Below, in pieces: positions 26,414 to 38,500 of a stretch of DNA of 64,000 bases (positions are counted from its first letter, which is position 1; each line of letters opens with the position of its first letter). A model generated the notes under the pieces. It had not been told where the DNA came from. It saw only the letters and a program-made list of their open reading frames with translations, and searched no databases. This DNA is from Geopsychrobacteraceae bacterium (GTDB taxonomy: Bacteria; Desulfobacterota; Desulfuromonadia; Desulfuromonadales; Geopsychrobacteraceae). The stretch is taken from NCBI GenBank assembly GCA_963662315.1, contig OY759353.1, positions 3,840,001 through 3,904,000 on the forward strand. Direction: 5' to 3'. The translations under genes were made by a program, and so were the position numbers.

Positions 26414-27217
26414 ATGTCATCACATTTAACGATTGCCCTGGCGCAGGTGTCAGTTGCGCGTGAAAAAAATATGAATCTGGATACAGCTCGGCGCTGTGTT
26501 GCCAAAGCAGCAGGTATGGGCGCAGAGCTGGTCATCTTCCCGGAAATGTTTATGTCCTGTCCGCAGCAAGGAGTCCCTCTGGCGATGGCGGCGGAGGCGT
26601 TAGATGGTGAGTTTGTTACTGCTTTGGCGGCTCTGGCAAAACAGTACCAGCTGGCCATAATGTCCGGTGTCTGGGAGACGGTGGAAGGGGACACTGAACG
26701 GGCCGCGAATGTTGTCATTACCCTTGATAAAACGGGAGCTCTTATTTCCCGTTATAACAAGATTCACCTGTTCAACGCTCTGAGTGTCAGGGAGTCGGAT
26801 CAGATGATTGGCGGCCACACTCCCCCGGACAATTTTGAACTGAATGGCATCAGGGTCGGAATAGCGATCTGCTATGATCTGCGCTTCCCTGAGATCTTTC
26901 GCTATCATGCAACCCGTGGGGTCGACCTTGTCATTGTTCCGGCGGCCTGGTATTCCGGCCCTCTTAAAGAGGATCACTGGCTGACTTTGTTACGGGCTCG
27001 GGCGATTGAAAACACCATGTACGTTGCGGGGTGTGATCTGTGTGGTAAGGCCTTCTCCGGTCGGTCAGTCTGCTTTGATCCGTTTGGCGTACCGTTGACC
27101 GATGCCGGTGAAGGGGAAAACGTAGTGATAACCAGGGTTGAGAAACAACGGGTTACAGATATTCGTGAAAAACTTCCGTGCCTTGAACACCTCCGCCCTG
27201 ATTTGTTGTCTTTTTAA
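26414..27217 (+). CDS. Carbon-nitrogen hydrolase (nitrilase superfamily, Nit/YbeM-like)
   Basis: Motifs FPE, YNKIHLF, ICYDLRFPE and RARAIEN; start could be 26396. Confidence 0.9.
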   Translation: MSSHLTIALAQVSVAREKNMNLDTARRCVAKAAGMGAELVIFPEMFMSCPQQGVPLAMAAEALDGEFVTALAALAKQYQLAIMSGVWETVEGDTERAANVVITLDKTGALISRYNKIHLFNALSVRESDQMIGGHTPPDNFELNGIRVGIAICYDLRFPEIFRYHATRGVDLVIVPAAWYSGPLKEDHWLTLLRARAIENTMYVAGCDLCGKAFSGRSVCFDPFGVPLTDAGEGENVVITRVEKQRVTDIREKLPCLEHLRPDLLSF

Positions 27218-27350
27218 GAGGGCACTCCATCCGCTTGTGCGGGTATGGCCGAACGTAGGTCTGTCCTTTTTCGCGAACAGGTCTATGAAAATGGCGATTC
27301 ATTTAATTCAAGCCGGACGGATCATCTTCGTGATTTCGGCGTATTAGATT

Positions 27351-27378
27351 CCCTCCGGTCACTCGAGTTACCGGAGGG
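27351..27378. terminator. Hairpin between convergent genes
   Basis: CCCTCCGGT..ACCGGAGGG. Confidence 0.5.
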
Positions 27379-27417
27379 TCGTTGTTCAATGGAAAAAGAG
27401 CAGTTTCCGGCTGAGAA

Positions 27418-29895
27418 CTAATTGGTCAGTGCATCTTTTACTGCCCGGGCCAACTGTTCAGTGGAATATGGCTTATAGATAAACCTGTGGGCTCCGGCAG
27501 CCAAAGCTTCTATTACGTCATTACTCTCCGAGAAACCACTGACAATAATCGCGCGCTGAGCAGGATGCTTCTTGATGATTTCTAAATAAGTTTCCTTGCC
27601 GTTCAACCCTGGTGGCATGAGCATATCGATAATAATCAGGTCCGGTGGACATTGTCTAACTGCCTCTATCGCCTGTTCACCACTGCTGACGGCAGCTGCC
27701 TGGTAGCCACACGACTCAAGCATCTGGCAGGCAAGGTCACGCATATGGGGTTCATCGTCGACGACCAGAATTTTTTCACCATGACCATTTGGGGCGGCTG
27801 TAGCTTCGGGATGTTCCATGATGGTTTCTGTATCACTGGCAACCGGGAAATAGAGACTGAAAGACGTCCCCTGCGGACTGCTATCGACCAGGATTCGACC
27901 ATTGTGGTCCTGAACGGTGTTCCAGACCACGGCCAGGCCTAAGCCAGTGCCGCTGCGACCCAGGGTCTTTTTCGTGTAAAAGGGTTCAAAAATATGCTCA
28001 AGGTCTGCCTGAGAAATACCGGTCCCTGAATCGCGGATCTGCAGCAAGATGTAATTGCCTGGGGCGGGCATGCGACCGGATGCATCCGTGGGCAGAATAC
28101 TGGTAGTCGTTGTCGAGATGGTGATGGTTCCAATACTCTCTATGGCTTCTGCCGCGTTATTGACCAGATTCATCATGATTTTGTTGATATGAATTGGCGA
28201 GGCGGACATGAGTGGTATGTCTGGAGCCCAGTGGGTTTTGATATCTACCCCCGGGTAGCCTTTAGCCAATTTCTGGAACTCAGGTGAATTCAGGTATTCC
28301 TTTATCAACTCATTCAGATTGACAGGAATCCGTGCGGTTGCGGCACCCTTGGCAACGGTGAGCAGATCGGCCACAATCGCGGCGGCCCGGCGACCGGCGT
28401 CACGGATGACGCTGAGCGGTTTGCGCAATTCACTGTGCTCGGGAAGTTTCTTGATGATCAGCTCTGGGTAACCGGTAATTGCAGCCAGAATATTATTCAG
28501 GTCATGAGCAACACCACCGGCCATAAGTCCGATAGCTTCCATCTTCTGCGCCTGCTGCAGTTGTTTTTCAAGGGCCTCATTCTTCCTGGCCGTACGTTTG
28601 ATCTCGGTAATATCCTCAGAAATACCAATCAGGTGAGTTGCGACACCCTGTTTGTCCAGTAGCGGGATTTTCCGGGTGTGAAGGGTGCGTAACCCGGATT
28701 GGGGGGTGAACACGGATTCTTCCGGGATATCAACCAGCTGCTTGCCTGCAAGGACGTCTCTGTCCATTTGGGTAAAGTGTCTGGCCTCTTCTTCCTGAAA
28801 AACTTCAAAATCACTTTTACCGATAATGTCCCGAGCCGGTACGCCGATAATCGTTTCCCCGGCCTTGTTGAACAGGACGAACCTTAATTTCTTGGCTTCC
28901 TTAACAAAAACAACGTTGGGAATATTATCCAGTATGGCATCGAGGAAGTTTCGATTGTCGTTTAGCTCGGCAGAGTATTGTTTGGCCTGCTCAAGTGCTT
29001 CAATGGTCTTTTTCTTGATGAGATGTTCGTGATGCTGCCACAGAAACACCAGGATGGCACCAATGCAGGAAAGTAAACAACCAAAGATCAGAATCCTGGT
29101 CCGGTTGGGAGATGGTTGCTGCCAGCCCTGCAACGGCAGCGCTGCAAGTTGCCAGCTGCCGCCGGGGATATGAACTTCGATGGTCACCGGGTTGGCACTG
29201 AAGACGCTCTCGTCGCCAGCAATGAGCCGACCTTGATTCCCCAGGCCATCTGCTCCGCGGAGGGCAATACGCAGAGTCTGTTCAGAAGAGAAAAAACCTG
29301 CGCTGGTCAGGAGTTTGTCCTTATCAATTACGATGCTGGCCAGCCCCCAATAGATAGAGTTATCTGGGTGCTCGGGGTCAACGGTAAAAATAGGGGTACG
29401 ACTGATAAAGGCGCTCCCCCCCTGAATCAGATTGACCGGTCCGGCAATAATAGTTTTACGTTCTTCAATTGCTTTTTTAACGATTGGCCACTGTTGACGG
29501 TTCTGCTCATAATTGAGCCCCAGGGCATTTTCATTCCCCTTCAAAGGGTGAACAAAGCTGATAGTATTATCTGGTGCTATGCCGATATTGATGATGAAAT
29601 TCGGCGTGCTCAGTATTTCATCAGCGATAGCATGGAAAACTTGCTGATCAAGATGAGGATAGGCGGTAAAGAAGGCAGTCAGGGAGCGGGTCAGGTAATA
29701 ATTGTTATAAATTCCCGTTTCCAGACCGACACTGATGTTGCTCAGTTCGCTGATCACCTCTGTTTTGAGGGTTTGCTGATACCTCTGCCCGTCAAGGTAG
29801 AGCAGGGCAATGGTCAGGCACAAAAGCAGAATTCCAGTAGCGAAACTGATGGCTAAAGATAATCTGGAAATATTTGAATAATTTTGTAACCGCAT
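27418..29895 (-). CDS. Hybrid histidine kinase (CHASE-PAS-HisKA-HATPase-REC)
   Basis: AGPVNLIQGG (CHASE), GGVAHDLNNIL, GTGLGL, C-terminal receiver. Confidence 0.92.
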   Translation of the reverse strand: MRLQNYSNISRLSLAISFATGILLLCLTIALLYLDGQRYQQTLKTEVISELSNISVGLETGIYNNYYLTRSLTAFFTAYPHLDQQVFHAIADEILSTPNFIINIGIAPDNTISFVHPLKGNENALGLNYEQNRQQWPIVKKAIEERKTIIAGPVNLIQGGSAFISRTPIFTVDPEHPDNSIYWGLASIVIDKDKLLTSAGFFSSEQTLRIALRGADGLGNQGRLIAGDESVFSANPVTIEVHIPGGSWQLAALPLQGWQQPSPNRTRILIFGCLLSCIGAILVFLWQHHEHLIKKKTIEALEQAKQYSAELNDNRNFLDAILDNIPNVVFVKEAKKLRFVLFNKAGETIIGVPARDIIGKSDFEVFQEEEARHFTQMDRDVLAGKQLVDIPEESVFTPQSGLRTLHTRKIPLLDKQGVATHLIGISEDITEIKRTARKNEALEKQLQQAQKMEAIGLMAGGVAHDLNNILAAITGYPELIIKKLPEHSELRKPLSVIRDAGRRAAAIVADLLTVAKGAATARIPVNLNELIKEYLNSPEFQKLAKGYPGVDIKTHWAPDIPLMSASPIHINKIMMNLVNNAAEAIESIGTITISTTTTSILPTDASGRMPAPGNYILLQIRDSGTGISQADLEHIFEPFYTKKTLGRSGTGLGLAVVWNTVQDHNGRILVDSSPQGTSFSLYFPVASDTETIMEHPEATAAPNGHGEKILVVDDEPHMRDLACQMLESCGYQAAAVSSGEQAIEAVRQCPPDLIIIDMLMPPGLNGKETYLEIIKKHPAQRAIIVSGFSESNDVIEALAAGAHRFIYKPYSTEQLARAVKDALTN

Positions 29896-30300
29896 GAATG
29901 CGCAAGTTCCGTTAGTTTATAGTGATAATAGCCTGAAGTAACCTGATACACCCCCTGATTAGTAACCTAGATTAGATTAGCAAAATTAAGTAAAACTGCT
30001 ACCTCCGTCGGTGAATTTAAATAAAAAATAACCATTTCAGGTATTCAATTTATTCTGATAATGCTGAAGGACGGGTACGGAACTTCCCATCGCAAGAGAG
30101 TCAGGTGGTTGCGCTGTAATGGTTTGAACTAAATGATATTGAGCTATTAAATCTTATAGAAATTTCTGAAAAACAACAATACATATAATGAACAATATTT
30201 AAAGATGAACACTGTTAGCAATTAAATATGGATTTTTATCATAATCTCACGAAATGAAGAAAAACTATGGAAAGTCAATCGACTGAGCTTTCACAGTTCA

Positions 30301-31422
30301 TCAGCCGACCCGATGGCGGAACAGCCAGGAAGCCGGAGGCAGGGTAACAAGGGCAATGATTATCAGAGGCCATAGTTGAGGCCAGATGGCACTGACTCCG
30401 GCGCCTTCAAGAAAAATCTGGCGCAAGGAAATCACGACATAACGCATCGGGTTTGCCAGGGTGCCGAGCTGTAGCCAGTGGGGCATATTTTCAATGGGGG
30501 TGGTGAATCCAGACAAAATTACTGCTGGCATGATGAAGACAAATGCTCCAAGCAATCCCTGCTGCATGGTCATGGCTAACGAGGACACCAGCAGGCCGAT
30601 CCCAACGATGGAGATCATGAACAGGGTCAGCACCAACAGCAGGGCAAGAAAACTGCCGCGAAATGGCAAATCGAACAACAGAACACTGCCAGCAACCAGT
30701 AGCAGGGAGTCGAAAAGGCCGAAGAAAATTCCGGGCATCGACTTGGCCAACAGGATTTCGCCTGGAGTGAAAGGTGCCACAAGTAACTGATCAAAGGTGC
30801 CGAATTCGCGTTCGCGAGCGACCGAAAGGCTGGTCAGAACCAGGACAATAACCATACTGATGGTACCGCCCAGGGGGGCAACGATATACCAGCGACTGAT
30901 CAGGTTGCGATTAAACCAGGCCCGTTGGGTCAATGCTATATGAACCGTAGAGGAGGATGCAGGCTGCTGACTCAGCCAGTTGCGGTTAAAGCGGCTGATG
31001 ATTTGATTGGCATAGTCCAGGGAGACGGCTGCAACATTGGAATTCCGACCATCGACGATAATCTGGATAGCCGCGGGCAGTCCCTGCAGCAGTTTTTCGC
31101 TGAACTCCGCACCGATGTGAATCACCATGCGAACCTCTCCGGAATCTATTGCCTTGTCAATTTCCTGCACGGAATGAAGGTAGCGTACCAGACGAAAATT
31201 TTCCGAACCGTAAAAGTCTGCGGCTACTGCCCGTGACTCACTGGTGCGGGCCTGGTCGAGCACTGCATAACGAACTGCTGTGACATCGAAGGTGGCGGCA
31301 AAACCGAACAGGAAAAACTGAATCAACGGCGGACCGATGACGATGAAGCGGCTTTTCGGGTCGCGCAGGATAATGCTGAACTCCTTGGCAATAAGGGCGA
31401 GAATGCGACGCATCAGGATCAT
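30301..31422 (-). CDS. ABC-2 permease (YbhR-like)
   Basis: Motifs SVAREREFGTFDQLLVAP and SGFTTPIENMP. Confidence 0.88.
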   Translation of the reverse strand: MILMRRILALIAKEFSIILRDPKSRFIVIGPPLIQFFLFGFAATFDVTAVRYAVLDQARTSESRAVAADFYGSENFRLVRYLHSVQEIDKAIDSGEVRMVIHIGAEFSEKLLQGLPAAIQIIVDGRNSNVAAVSLDYANQIISRFNRNWLSQQPASSSTVHIALTQRAWFNRNLISRWYIVAPLGGTISMVIVLVLTSLSVAREREFGTFDQLLVAPFTPGEILLAKSMPGIFFGLFDSLLLVAGSVLLFDLPFRGSFLALLLVLTLFMISIVGIGLLVSSLAMTMQQGLLGAFVFIMPAVILSGFTTPIENMPHWLQLGTLANPMRYVVISLRQIFLEGAGVSAIWPQLWPLIIIALVTLPPASWLFRHRVG

Positions 31423-31426
31423 GACA

Positions 31427-32557
31427 TCACTCCAGCCGCTTACTTAGTTTGCGGCGGGCAATGGCGAGCAGTAGAACGGCCATAACTGTCAGCGCCGCTC
31501 CTGCCGGCCACAAAATACTGCCGATGTTGCCAGCCAGAAACAGGGTATGACTGATTTCTACAAAATAGCGCGCCGGAATGACATGGCTGACCAGCTGGAT
31601 GAACTGCGGGGTACTTTCCAGGTCAAAAAGCATCCCGGAAAGGAAAAATGCGGGAAGAAATCCTGCGACCAGGGAAATCTGCGCGGCGACAAATTGAATT
31701 TTCACGGTCGCGGAAATTGCCAGCCCAAAGCCGAGAGACGCCAGCAAAAAGATGGAACTGAGCAGGAATAACAGCCACAGAGAGCCCTGTAACGGCACGG
31801 AAAAAATCCACATTCCTCCGGCCACGCAGATCAGCAGCCCGAGCATGCCAAGAATATAATAGGGGAGGATTTTTCCGATCAGCAGTTCATTCAGGCTGAT
31901 GGGCGTGACCAGAATCGCCTCCATGGTACCGCGTTCCCACTCTCGGGCAATAACCAGGGCGGTCAGCAGGGTGCCGACCAGGGTCATAATCAGGGCGATC
32001 AAACCCGGAACCAGAAAATTACGGCTTTCATTGGTTTTGTTAAAGCGGATCTGCGAGCGCACCTGGACACCGGGCATGAAAAGCTCTTCACCATGCGCCT
32101 TGCGCAGCTGTCGCCATTTGTCGATGGTGCCGCGCGCATAGCCCTGAATCAGGCGAGCCCGGTTGGCATCGATACCGTTGACAATGACCTGGATCGATGC
32201 CTGGTGCTGTTGCTCAAGGGTTTCCGTAAAATTGTCGCGGATCTCGATGAAACCATCAACAATTCCTGTGCTGATAAGCTCTTCAGCACGCTGACGAGAA
32301 GGAACCCGCAACGGCTTAAAATAGGGTGACAACTGAAAGCGGGCGATCAGGTCGCTGACCGCCGAACTGTGATCGCTGACAACCAGAGCCAGCAGCACCT
32401 GCCTGGGGTTGAGGGAAACCCCGTAGCCGAACAGAAAGAGCAGCAATAACGGCATCACCAGGGCCAGCAGAATACTGCTGGGATCCCGGCGAATCTGCAG
32501 GTATTCCTTGCGCAACAGACCGCGCAGGCGCATGCGTGACTGCGGAGAGCCGATCAT
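31427..32557 (-). CDS. ABC-2 permease (YbhS-like)
   Basis: Motifs KEYLQIRRDPSS and IAREWERGTMEA. Confidence 0.88.
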   Translation of the reverse strand: MIGSPQSRMRLRGLLRKEYLQIRRDPSSILLALVMPLLLLFLFGYGVSLNPRQVLLALVVSDHSSAVSDLIARFQLSPYFKPLRVPSRQRAEELISTGIVDGFIEIRDNFTETLEQQHQASIQVIVNGIDANRARLIQGYARGTIDKWRQLRKAHGEELFMPGVQVRSQIRFNKTNESRNFLVPGLIALIMTLVGTLLTALVIAREWERGTMEAILVTPISLNELLIGKILPYYILGMLGLLICVAGGMWIFSVPLQGSLWLLFLLSSIFLLASLGFGLAISATVKIQFVAAQISLVAGFLPAFFLSGMLFDLESTPQFIQLVSHVIPARYFVEISHTLFLAGNIGSILWPAGAALTVMAVLLLAIARRKLSKRLE

Positions 32558-34338
32558 GACTGAGCTCCATGTTGCTGAACGTGTTTGCTGCTGCCGGCCA
32601 GGGCAATAAAGGCGTCTTCAATGGTCGGGTCGGGGGTCGCTGCGGTCGTGACCAGGGCCCGGATTTCAGCCGGTGTCCCCTGAGCCAGTTCCCTGCCGTG
32701 CGCCATGATCAGCATACGGTCACAGTATTCGGCTTCTTCCATGAAGTGGGTGGTTACGATGACAGTGACCCCCTGCTGGGCGAAACTGTTGATACGCAGC
32801 CAGAATTCGCGCCGCGCCAGCGGGTCGGCTCCCGAGGTCGGCTCATCGAGGAAGAGAATCGCTGGTTCATGGAGCATGGCGGTTGCCATGGCTAATCTTT
32901 GTTTAAAACCACCGGGCAGGTCTCCGGCTGGCATCGCACTGCGCTCACGCAGATCAAACTCGTCCAGCGCCCAGTCCAGCCGCAGACTCAGGTGTTTGCC
33001 ATGCAGCCCATAGGCCTTGCCGTAAAAGGTCAGGTTGTCTTTGACACTGAGCTGGCGGTAGAGGGAAAATACCTGGGCCATGTACCCCAACTGGCTGCGC
33101 GCTTTGGAGGGTGCCCGGCGCAGATCCCGGTCGGCAACGCGGATGTCACCGCTGCTGGCCTTGCTTAAACCACAGAGCATACGGAAAGTGGTTGTTTTTC
33201 CGGCCCCGTTGGGACCCAGCAGACCGAATATTTCACCACGGTGAACATCAAAACTGATCCCACTGACAGCGTTAAAATCACCGAATTTCTTTCCCAGATC
33301 GCGAACTGTAACGACCACCTCATTGCGCGCTGTCGTGCTGATAGCGGTCCTGGTCTCAGGATGGTTGGTCAGTCTGTGAGCAGTCATGTCCATAAATGCA
33401 TCTTCAAAACAGGGCAAGTCAGCTGTCACTGAATGATAAGTATTTGCGGGAATAAGCTGAGCAATGGGTTGATCATAATCGGCGCTGATAACACAGCGGA
33501 CCCGGCCGGACCTTATGGTGGCATCTCTGACGGTTGGCTGTGTCGCCAGCAGGGTTTGCAACTGACGGTTGCGGTTATTTTCCAGGGCAGTGAAACTGTA
33601 GACGCGGCCTTTGACTGCCTGGCGTAAATCTGCAGGATTCCCCTGGGTCAACACGTGCCCTTGCTGCAGGACGACGACCTCGTCGCAGTGTTCGGCTTCA
33701 TCCAGGTATGAGGTGGCGACCAGTACTCCAATACCGGCTCCGTGGACCAGTTGTTCGATAATTGTCCACAGCTCCCGGCGCGAAACCGGATCAACTCCGA
33801 CAGTCGGTTCGTCTAACAGCAGCAGTTGTGGTGCTTTGATCAGGGCACAGGCCAGTCCCAGCTTCTGTTTCATTCCGCCGGAGAGTTTGCCGACCCGGCG
33901 TTGTGTGAAAGCCGCCAGATCGGTCATATCCAAAAGTCGGGCCTGCTGATGACGGCGCTGTTCTTTGGCAACCCCCTGCAGATCGGAAAACAGGTCGAGG
34001 TTTTCCTGCACCGTGAGGTCCTGGTAAAGACCGAACTGTTGCGGCATATAGCCGACCAGCTCCTGGATGACCAGCGACTCGCTGGCGCAGTTATGTTCGA
34101 GAACACTGATTGCGCCAGAGCTTGGCAACAGCAGCCCGGCAGCCAGGCGCAGCAGGGTTGTTTTGCCCGCTCCATCAGGGCCAACCAAGCCGGTGATCCG
34201 GTTACCGGCGACGTTTATGGAAATGTGATCCAGAGCGCAGACCAGCTGCTGTTTTTTCGGGATAAAGGTTTTAACCAGATCGACGGCCTGCAATGCCCAT
34301 GGTGGTTTGATTTCCGGCGGTATGGCATGCGCGCTCAT
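32554..34338 (-). CDS. Duplicated ABC ATPase (YbhF-like)
   Basis: Two Walker A motifs (GPDGAGKT, GPNGAGKT) and LSGGMKQK. Confidence 0.9.
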   Translation of the reverse strand: MSAHAIPPEIKPPWALQAVDLVKTFIPKKQQLVCALDHISINVAGNRITGLVGPDGAGKTTLLRLAAGLLLPSSGAISVLEHNCASESLVIQELVGYMPQQFGLYQDLTVQENLDLFSDLQGVAKEQRRHQQARLLDMTDLAAFTQRRVGKLSGGMKQKLGLACALIKAPQLLLLDEPTVGVDPVSRRELWTIIEQLVHGAGIGVLVATSYLDEAEHCDEVVVLQQGHVLTQGNPADLRQAVKGRVYSFTALENNRNRQLQTLLATQPTVRDATIRSGRVRCVISADYDQPIAQLIPANTYHSVTADLPCFEDAFMDMTAHRLTNHPETRTAISTTARNEVVVTVRDLGKKFGDFNAVSGISFDVHRGEIFGLLGPNGAGKTTTFRMLCGLSKASSGDIRVADRDLRRAPSKARSQLGYMAQVFSLYRQLSVKDNLTFYGKAYGLHGKHLSLRLDWALDEFDLRERSAMPAGDLPGGFKQRLAMATAMLHEPAILFLDEPTSGADPLARREFWLRINSFAQQGVTVIVTTHFMEEAEYCDRMLIMAHGRELAQGTPAEIRALVTTAATPDPTIEDAFIALAGSSKHVQQHGAQS

Positions 34339-35363
34339 GGGGTCGGTGTGTTTCTTGCCGAGGCCTCCGGAAAGCTGACGGTCACCGGCATGCCAAGGCG
34401 CAGTTCATTGTCCGGATCGGTGGTGATGATCCGGACTTCGTAGACTAGTTTGGTGCGCAGATCAGAGGTTTCAACATTCTGCGGGGTGAATTCAGCAACG
34501 GAAGAGATAAAACCGACCTGCCCCTGGAAGTGTCTGTCGGGCCAGGTGTCGCTGATAATGGTAGCGGACATGCCTTCTCTGACCAGACCCAGTTGGGGCT
34601 CAGGAATATAACAGCGCGCCCATTTCGGGGTACTCAGGGCCAGAATAAAGACCGGCTGACCAGGACCGGCCAGTTCACCAACTTCGAGCAGGCGACTTTG
34701 AATGATCCCGGCTGTCGGCGCATGCAGCTCGGTGTCAGCCAGACGGGTTTCCAGCAGGCTCAACTGGGCCTGATTGGCGGTCAGTAACGCTTTGGCCTGG
34801 GCAATATCTTCCCGCCTGGGGCCCTCCAGGGCGAGGTCCAGCTTGTTCTGCAGTTCGGTCAGACCGGCTTCTTCTTCGGCAACGATGGCTTTGGCATTAT
34901 CGCGGGTCTGGAGACTGCTGGCTCCGACACCGGCGGTTTTTTCCAGACGCTCGAGGGTTGTTCTGGCATTGGCCAGACGGATTCCGGTGGCTGAAATCTG
35001 AGCCCTGATCTGGGCTATTTCCTGTGGGCGGCTGCCGGCTTCAAGCTTGTTGACCACCTCCTGTTGTGCCTGAACCTCGGCCTTTGCCTGGTTTATCTGA
35101 TCGTGCAGGCGTTGCGAACGGATCCGTGCCAGCAACTGTCCTTGGGTGACCTGATCCCCTTCTTCAACCAGAAGTTCGGAGATCAACTCCTGTTCGGGGA
35201 ATACGAGTCGCGCGTCACGAATTTCGATGTTGCCGTAGAGCGTTAATGTCTCCTCTGCTGCAAGGCGCTGCTGGCGCCAGAGGTTAGCCCCAAGAGCAAG
35301 CCCGGAACCGGCAACAATGAGCAGTATGAGCAGCAGTCTTTTGAGTTTTAGTGGATTGGCCAT
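34335..35363 (-). CDS. HlyD-family membrane fusion protein (YbhG-like)
   Basis: Motifs LYGNIEIR, GSRPQEI and AEFTPQNVETSDLRTKLVY. Confidence 0.88.
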   Translation of the reverse strand: MANPLKLKRLLLILLIVAGSGLALGANLWRQQRLAAEETLTLYGNIEIRDARLVFPEQELISELLVEEGDQVTQGQLLARIRSQRLHDQINQAKAEVQAQQEVVNKLEAGSRPQEIAQIRAQISATGIRLANARTTLERLEKTAGVGASSLQTRDNAKAIVAEEEAGLTELQNKLDLALEGPRREDIAQAKALLTANQAQLSLLETRLADTELHAPTAGIIQSRLLEVGELAGPGQPVFILALSTPKWARCYIPEPQLGLVREGMSATIISDTWPDRHFQGQVGFISSVAEFTPQNVETSDLRTKLVYEVRIITTDPDNELRLGMPVTVSFPEASARNTPTP

Positions 35364-35556
35364 AACCAGTAGACTCCTTGAAGCAGAGAAGTCCCGCAGT
35401 CAGTACGGGGAATCACCTGGAAAATAGTGTCTGGTGTTCAGCCTCTTCGTGATCTTTCTTTTCTCCCCTGGCACAGAAAGTTATGTCGGATCAGGGCATA
35501 AATCATGAGCTGAGGGTCTTGTTCAAGCATAGCAAATCTGCCATAGATTGCTGCTT

Positions 35557-38500
35557 TTAACTCGGAGGCTTATGCTCCCGGGCATGCTGGGCAGAAAATC
35601 CGATCAGTTTCCTGATGTCCTCCAATATCAGGTATAGAACCGGGATTAACAGCAGCGTAATACCCGTGGCAAAGAGAATACCGAATCCAAGAGAAATAGC
35701 CATCGGAACCAGAAACTTGGCCTGAACACTGGTTTCAAGGATCATCGGCATCAGTCCGAAAAAAGTCGTCAATGACGTGAGCAGAATCGGCCTGAAGCGA
35801 CGCAGCCCGGCAGCGACCACGGCATCATGGATGCTCAGGCCACTGCGGCGGTTGACGTTGGCCTGATCGATGAGCAGCAGCGAATCATTGACCACCACCC
35901 CGGACAGAGCCACCAGGCCGAACATGCTGAGCAGACTGAGGTTGTAGCCCATGATGATGTGGCCGAGGACCGCGCCGATCATGCCGAAGGGGATGGCGGC
36001 CATGATCAACAGCGGCTGGCTGTAACTGCGGAACGGAATGGCCAGCAAAGCAAAGATGGTCACTAGGGCCAGCTGAAAGCCTTTCATCATACTGCCAAGC
36101 GAATCTTTGCGTTCCTTTTCTTCCCCCTCCATGTCCCAGCTTAAGCCGGGATAGTCAGCGGTCAGCTGTGGCAGCAGTTTGGTTTTCAGGTCAGAAATGA
36201 TCTGCTGTGCATTGGCCTGTTCATCATTGACGGCCGCCGAGACGTTGATGACCCGTTTACGGTCGGTGCGGTTGATTTTGGAGAAGCCTTCACTGTCAAT
36301 AATGTCTGCCGCCTGGGTCAGAGGGATTTCAGCGCCAGTTGCGGTGTGGATGCGCATGGTTTCAAAGTTCCACAAGCGGCGCCGGTCGTCTTCCGGGTAA
36401 CGCACCATCACCTTCAGTTCATTGCGGCCGCGCTGCAGGCGCAGTGCTTCGGCACCATAGAAGGCTGCGCGCACCTGACGCGCCAGGTCGGTTTCGGTGA
36501 TACCCAGGGTCCGCGCCGCCGGTTTGAGTCTGAGTTTGATTTCGCGCTTGCCGCGCGCGTATGTGTCTTCAATATCACTGACCCCCTGATATTGACCGAG
36601 TGCCGTACGGATGCGCTCAGAGGCTTTTTCAAGTACCGAAAAATCCTTGTGTGCCAGCTGAACATCGATATTGGCACCCAGCCTGACCAGGTTGGAGCGG
36701 AAGGTCAGGGAGTTAAGACCGGGGACATCCCCGACCTTCCCCCGCCAGACGGCCGAGATCTGGGTGGCCGGAATGCCCCGTTCCTCACTTTTAGTCAAAA
36801 ACATGGAAATGTTGGCCAGGTTGGTCGCAGTGGCCGTGGAGCTGCCACCAGGGCCGCCGCTGGCGACACTGCCGCCGACCAGGCTGTAAATGTTGCGCAC
36901 GATACTTTGTCCTTCAGGCAGATCGCGATCGAATTCAGCGACGGTTTCCATCCCCTTGGTCAAAATAAAATCGGCAACTTCTGCGGTTCTGCTGATGGGA
37001 ACCCCTTCGTTCATCTGAATGGCGACGGCAATTCGGTCACCATCGACCTCGGGCATGAAGGTAAAGTGGATCAGACCGTTTTTAACCACGCCGAAGGTCA
37101 GCAGCAGCGCCGCAATGCCAACGGCACAGGACGCGTAGCGATAGGTGAGGTTGAACTCGAGCATGCGCTGGTAAGGGCCGGCGACGAAGCGTTGCATGCT
37201 GTTGCCGAAACTTTTGCGGATGCGATCGAGATAGCCCAGCAGTCCGCCCGAGCTTGTGCGTGCCGTACCGAAACTCAAGTGGGCGGGGAGCACCAGCAAC
37301 GACTCAACCAGCGAGGTCATCAGCAGGGTAATGACAATGACCGGAATGACGCTGATGAATTTTCCCATCATGCCGGAGACAAAGATCAGGGGTAGAAAAG
37401 CGGCAACCGTGGTCAATACTGAGAAGGTGACCGGAACCGCGACTTCCAGGGTGCCATCAATGGCGGCCTGGGCAAACGACTTCCCCTGCTGACGCTGTTC
37501 AAAAATGTTTTCGCCGACGACAATGGCGTCGTCGACCAGGATCCCCAGGGCCAGAATAAAGGCAAACAGGGAAACCATGTTGATAGAGACGCCCAGCCAC
37601 GGCATCAGGAACAGGGTGCCGAAAAAGCTGATCGGAATCCCCAGCATGACCCACAGGGCGAGCTTTATCTCAAGGAACAGACCCAGCACAATGACGACCA
37701 GGATCAGTCCCATCAGGGCATTTTTCTGCAGAGTGTCCATGCGGCTGTTAAACAGCTCGGTGGTATCATTCCAGATGGCCAGGTGCAGACTGGAGGGCAG
37801 CTGTTTCTGTTTGCTTTGGACAAATTCGATGACGCGTTCGGAAATCTCGGTGGGCTTTTGCTCTCCGATCCGGAACACCTGCACCATCGCCGCCGGATGG
37901 CCGTCAAAACGCGCTTCGGTATCACTGTCGGCGAAGCCGTCGACAACATGGGCAATATCACCCAGGCGCACCCGGGTCCCGTCAGGGTTGGCCAGAATGG
38001 TGATATCTTCATACTCTGGCCCCCAGTAGCGACGCTCTTTGGTGCGTAACAGGATTTCTCCTGCTGTGGTTTTGACCGTGCCGGCCGGAAGGTCGAGCGA
38101 GGCCGCGTTAATAGCGGCAGCAACCTGGTTGAGGGTCAGATGGTAGCGCCGCAGGTTGCTTTCCGGCACCTCAATGGTCATTTCCAGGTCCTTGACGCCG
38201 CTCAACTCAACCTGGGTAATGTCCGGCAGGTTGAGCAACTCGTCGCGAATATTTTCGGCCTGTTCACGCAGGACATGTTCGCCGACTTCACCATAGATGA
38301 CGACGGAGATAACCTCACGGCGATTGGTTACCTTGGTGATAATCGGCTTCTCTGCCTCTTCCGGAAAGGTGGTGATGCGGTCGACTTCGCTCTTGATATC
38401 CTGCAGAACCAGATCGACATTTTCGTGGGAGTAGATTTCCGCTACGACACTGCCGACCCCTTCGGCGGCGGTTGCTTTAAGCTGCTTGATGCCATCAACA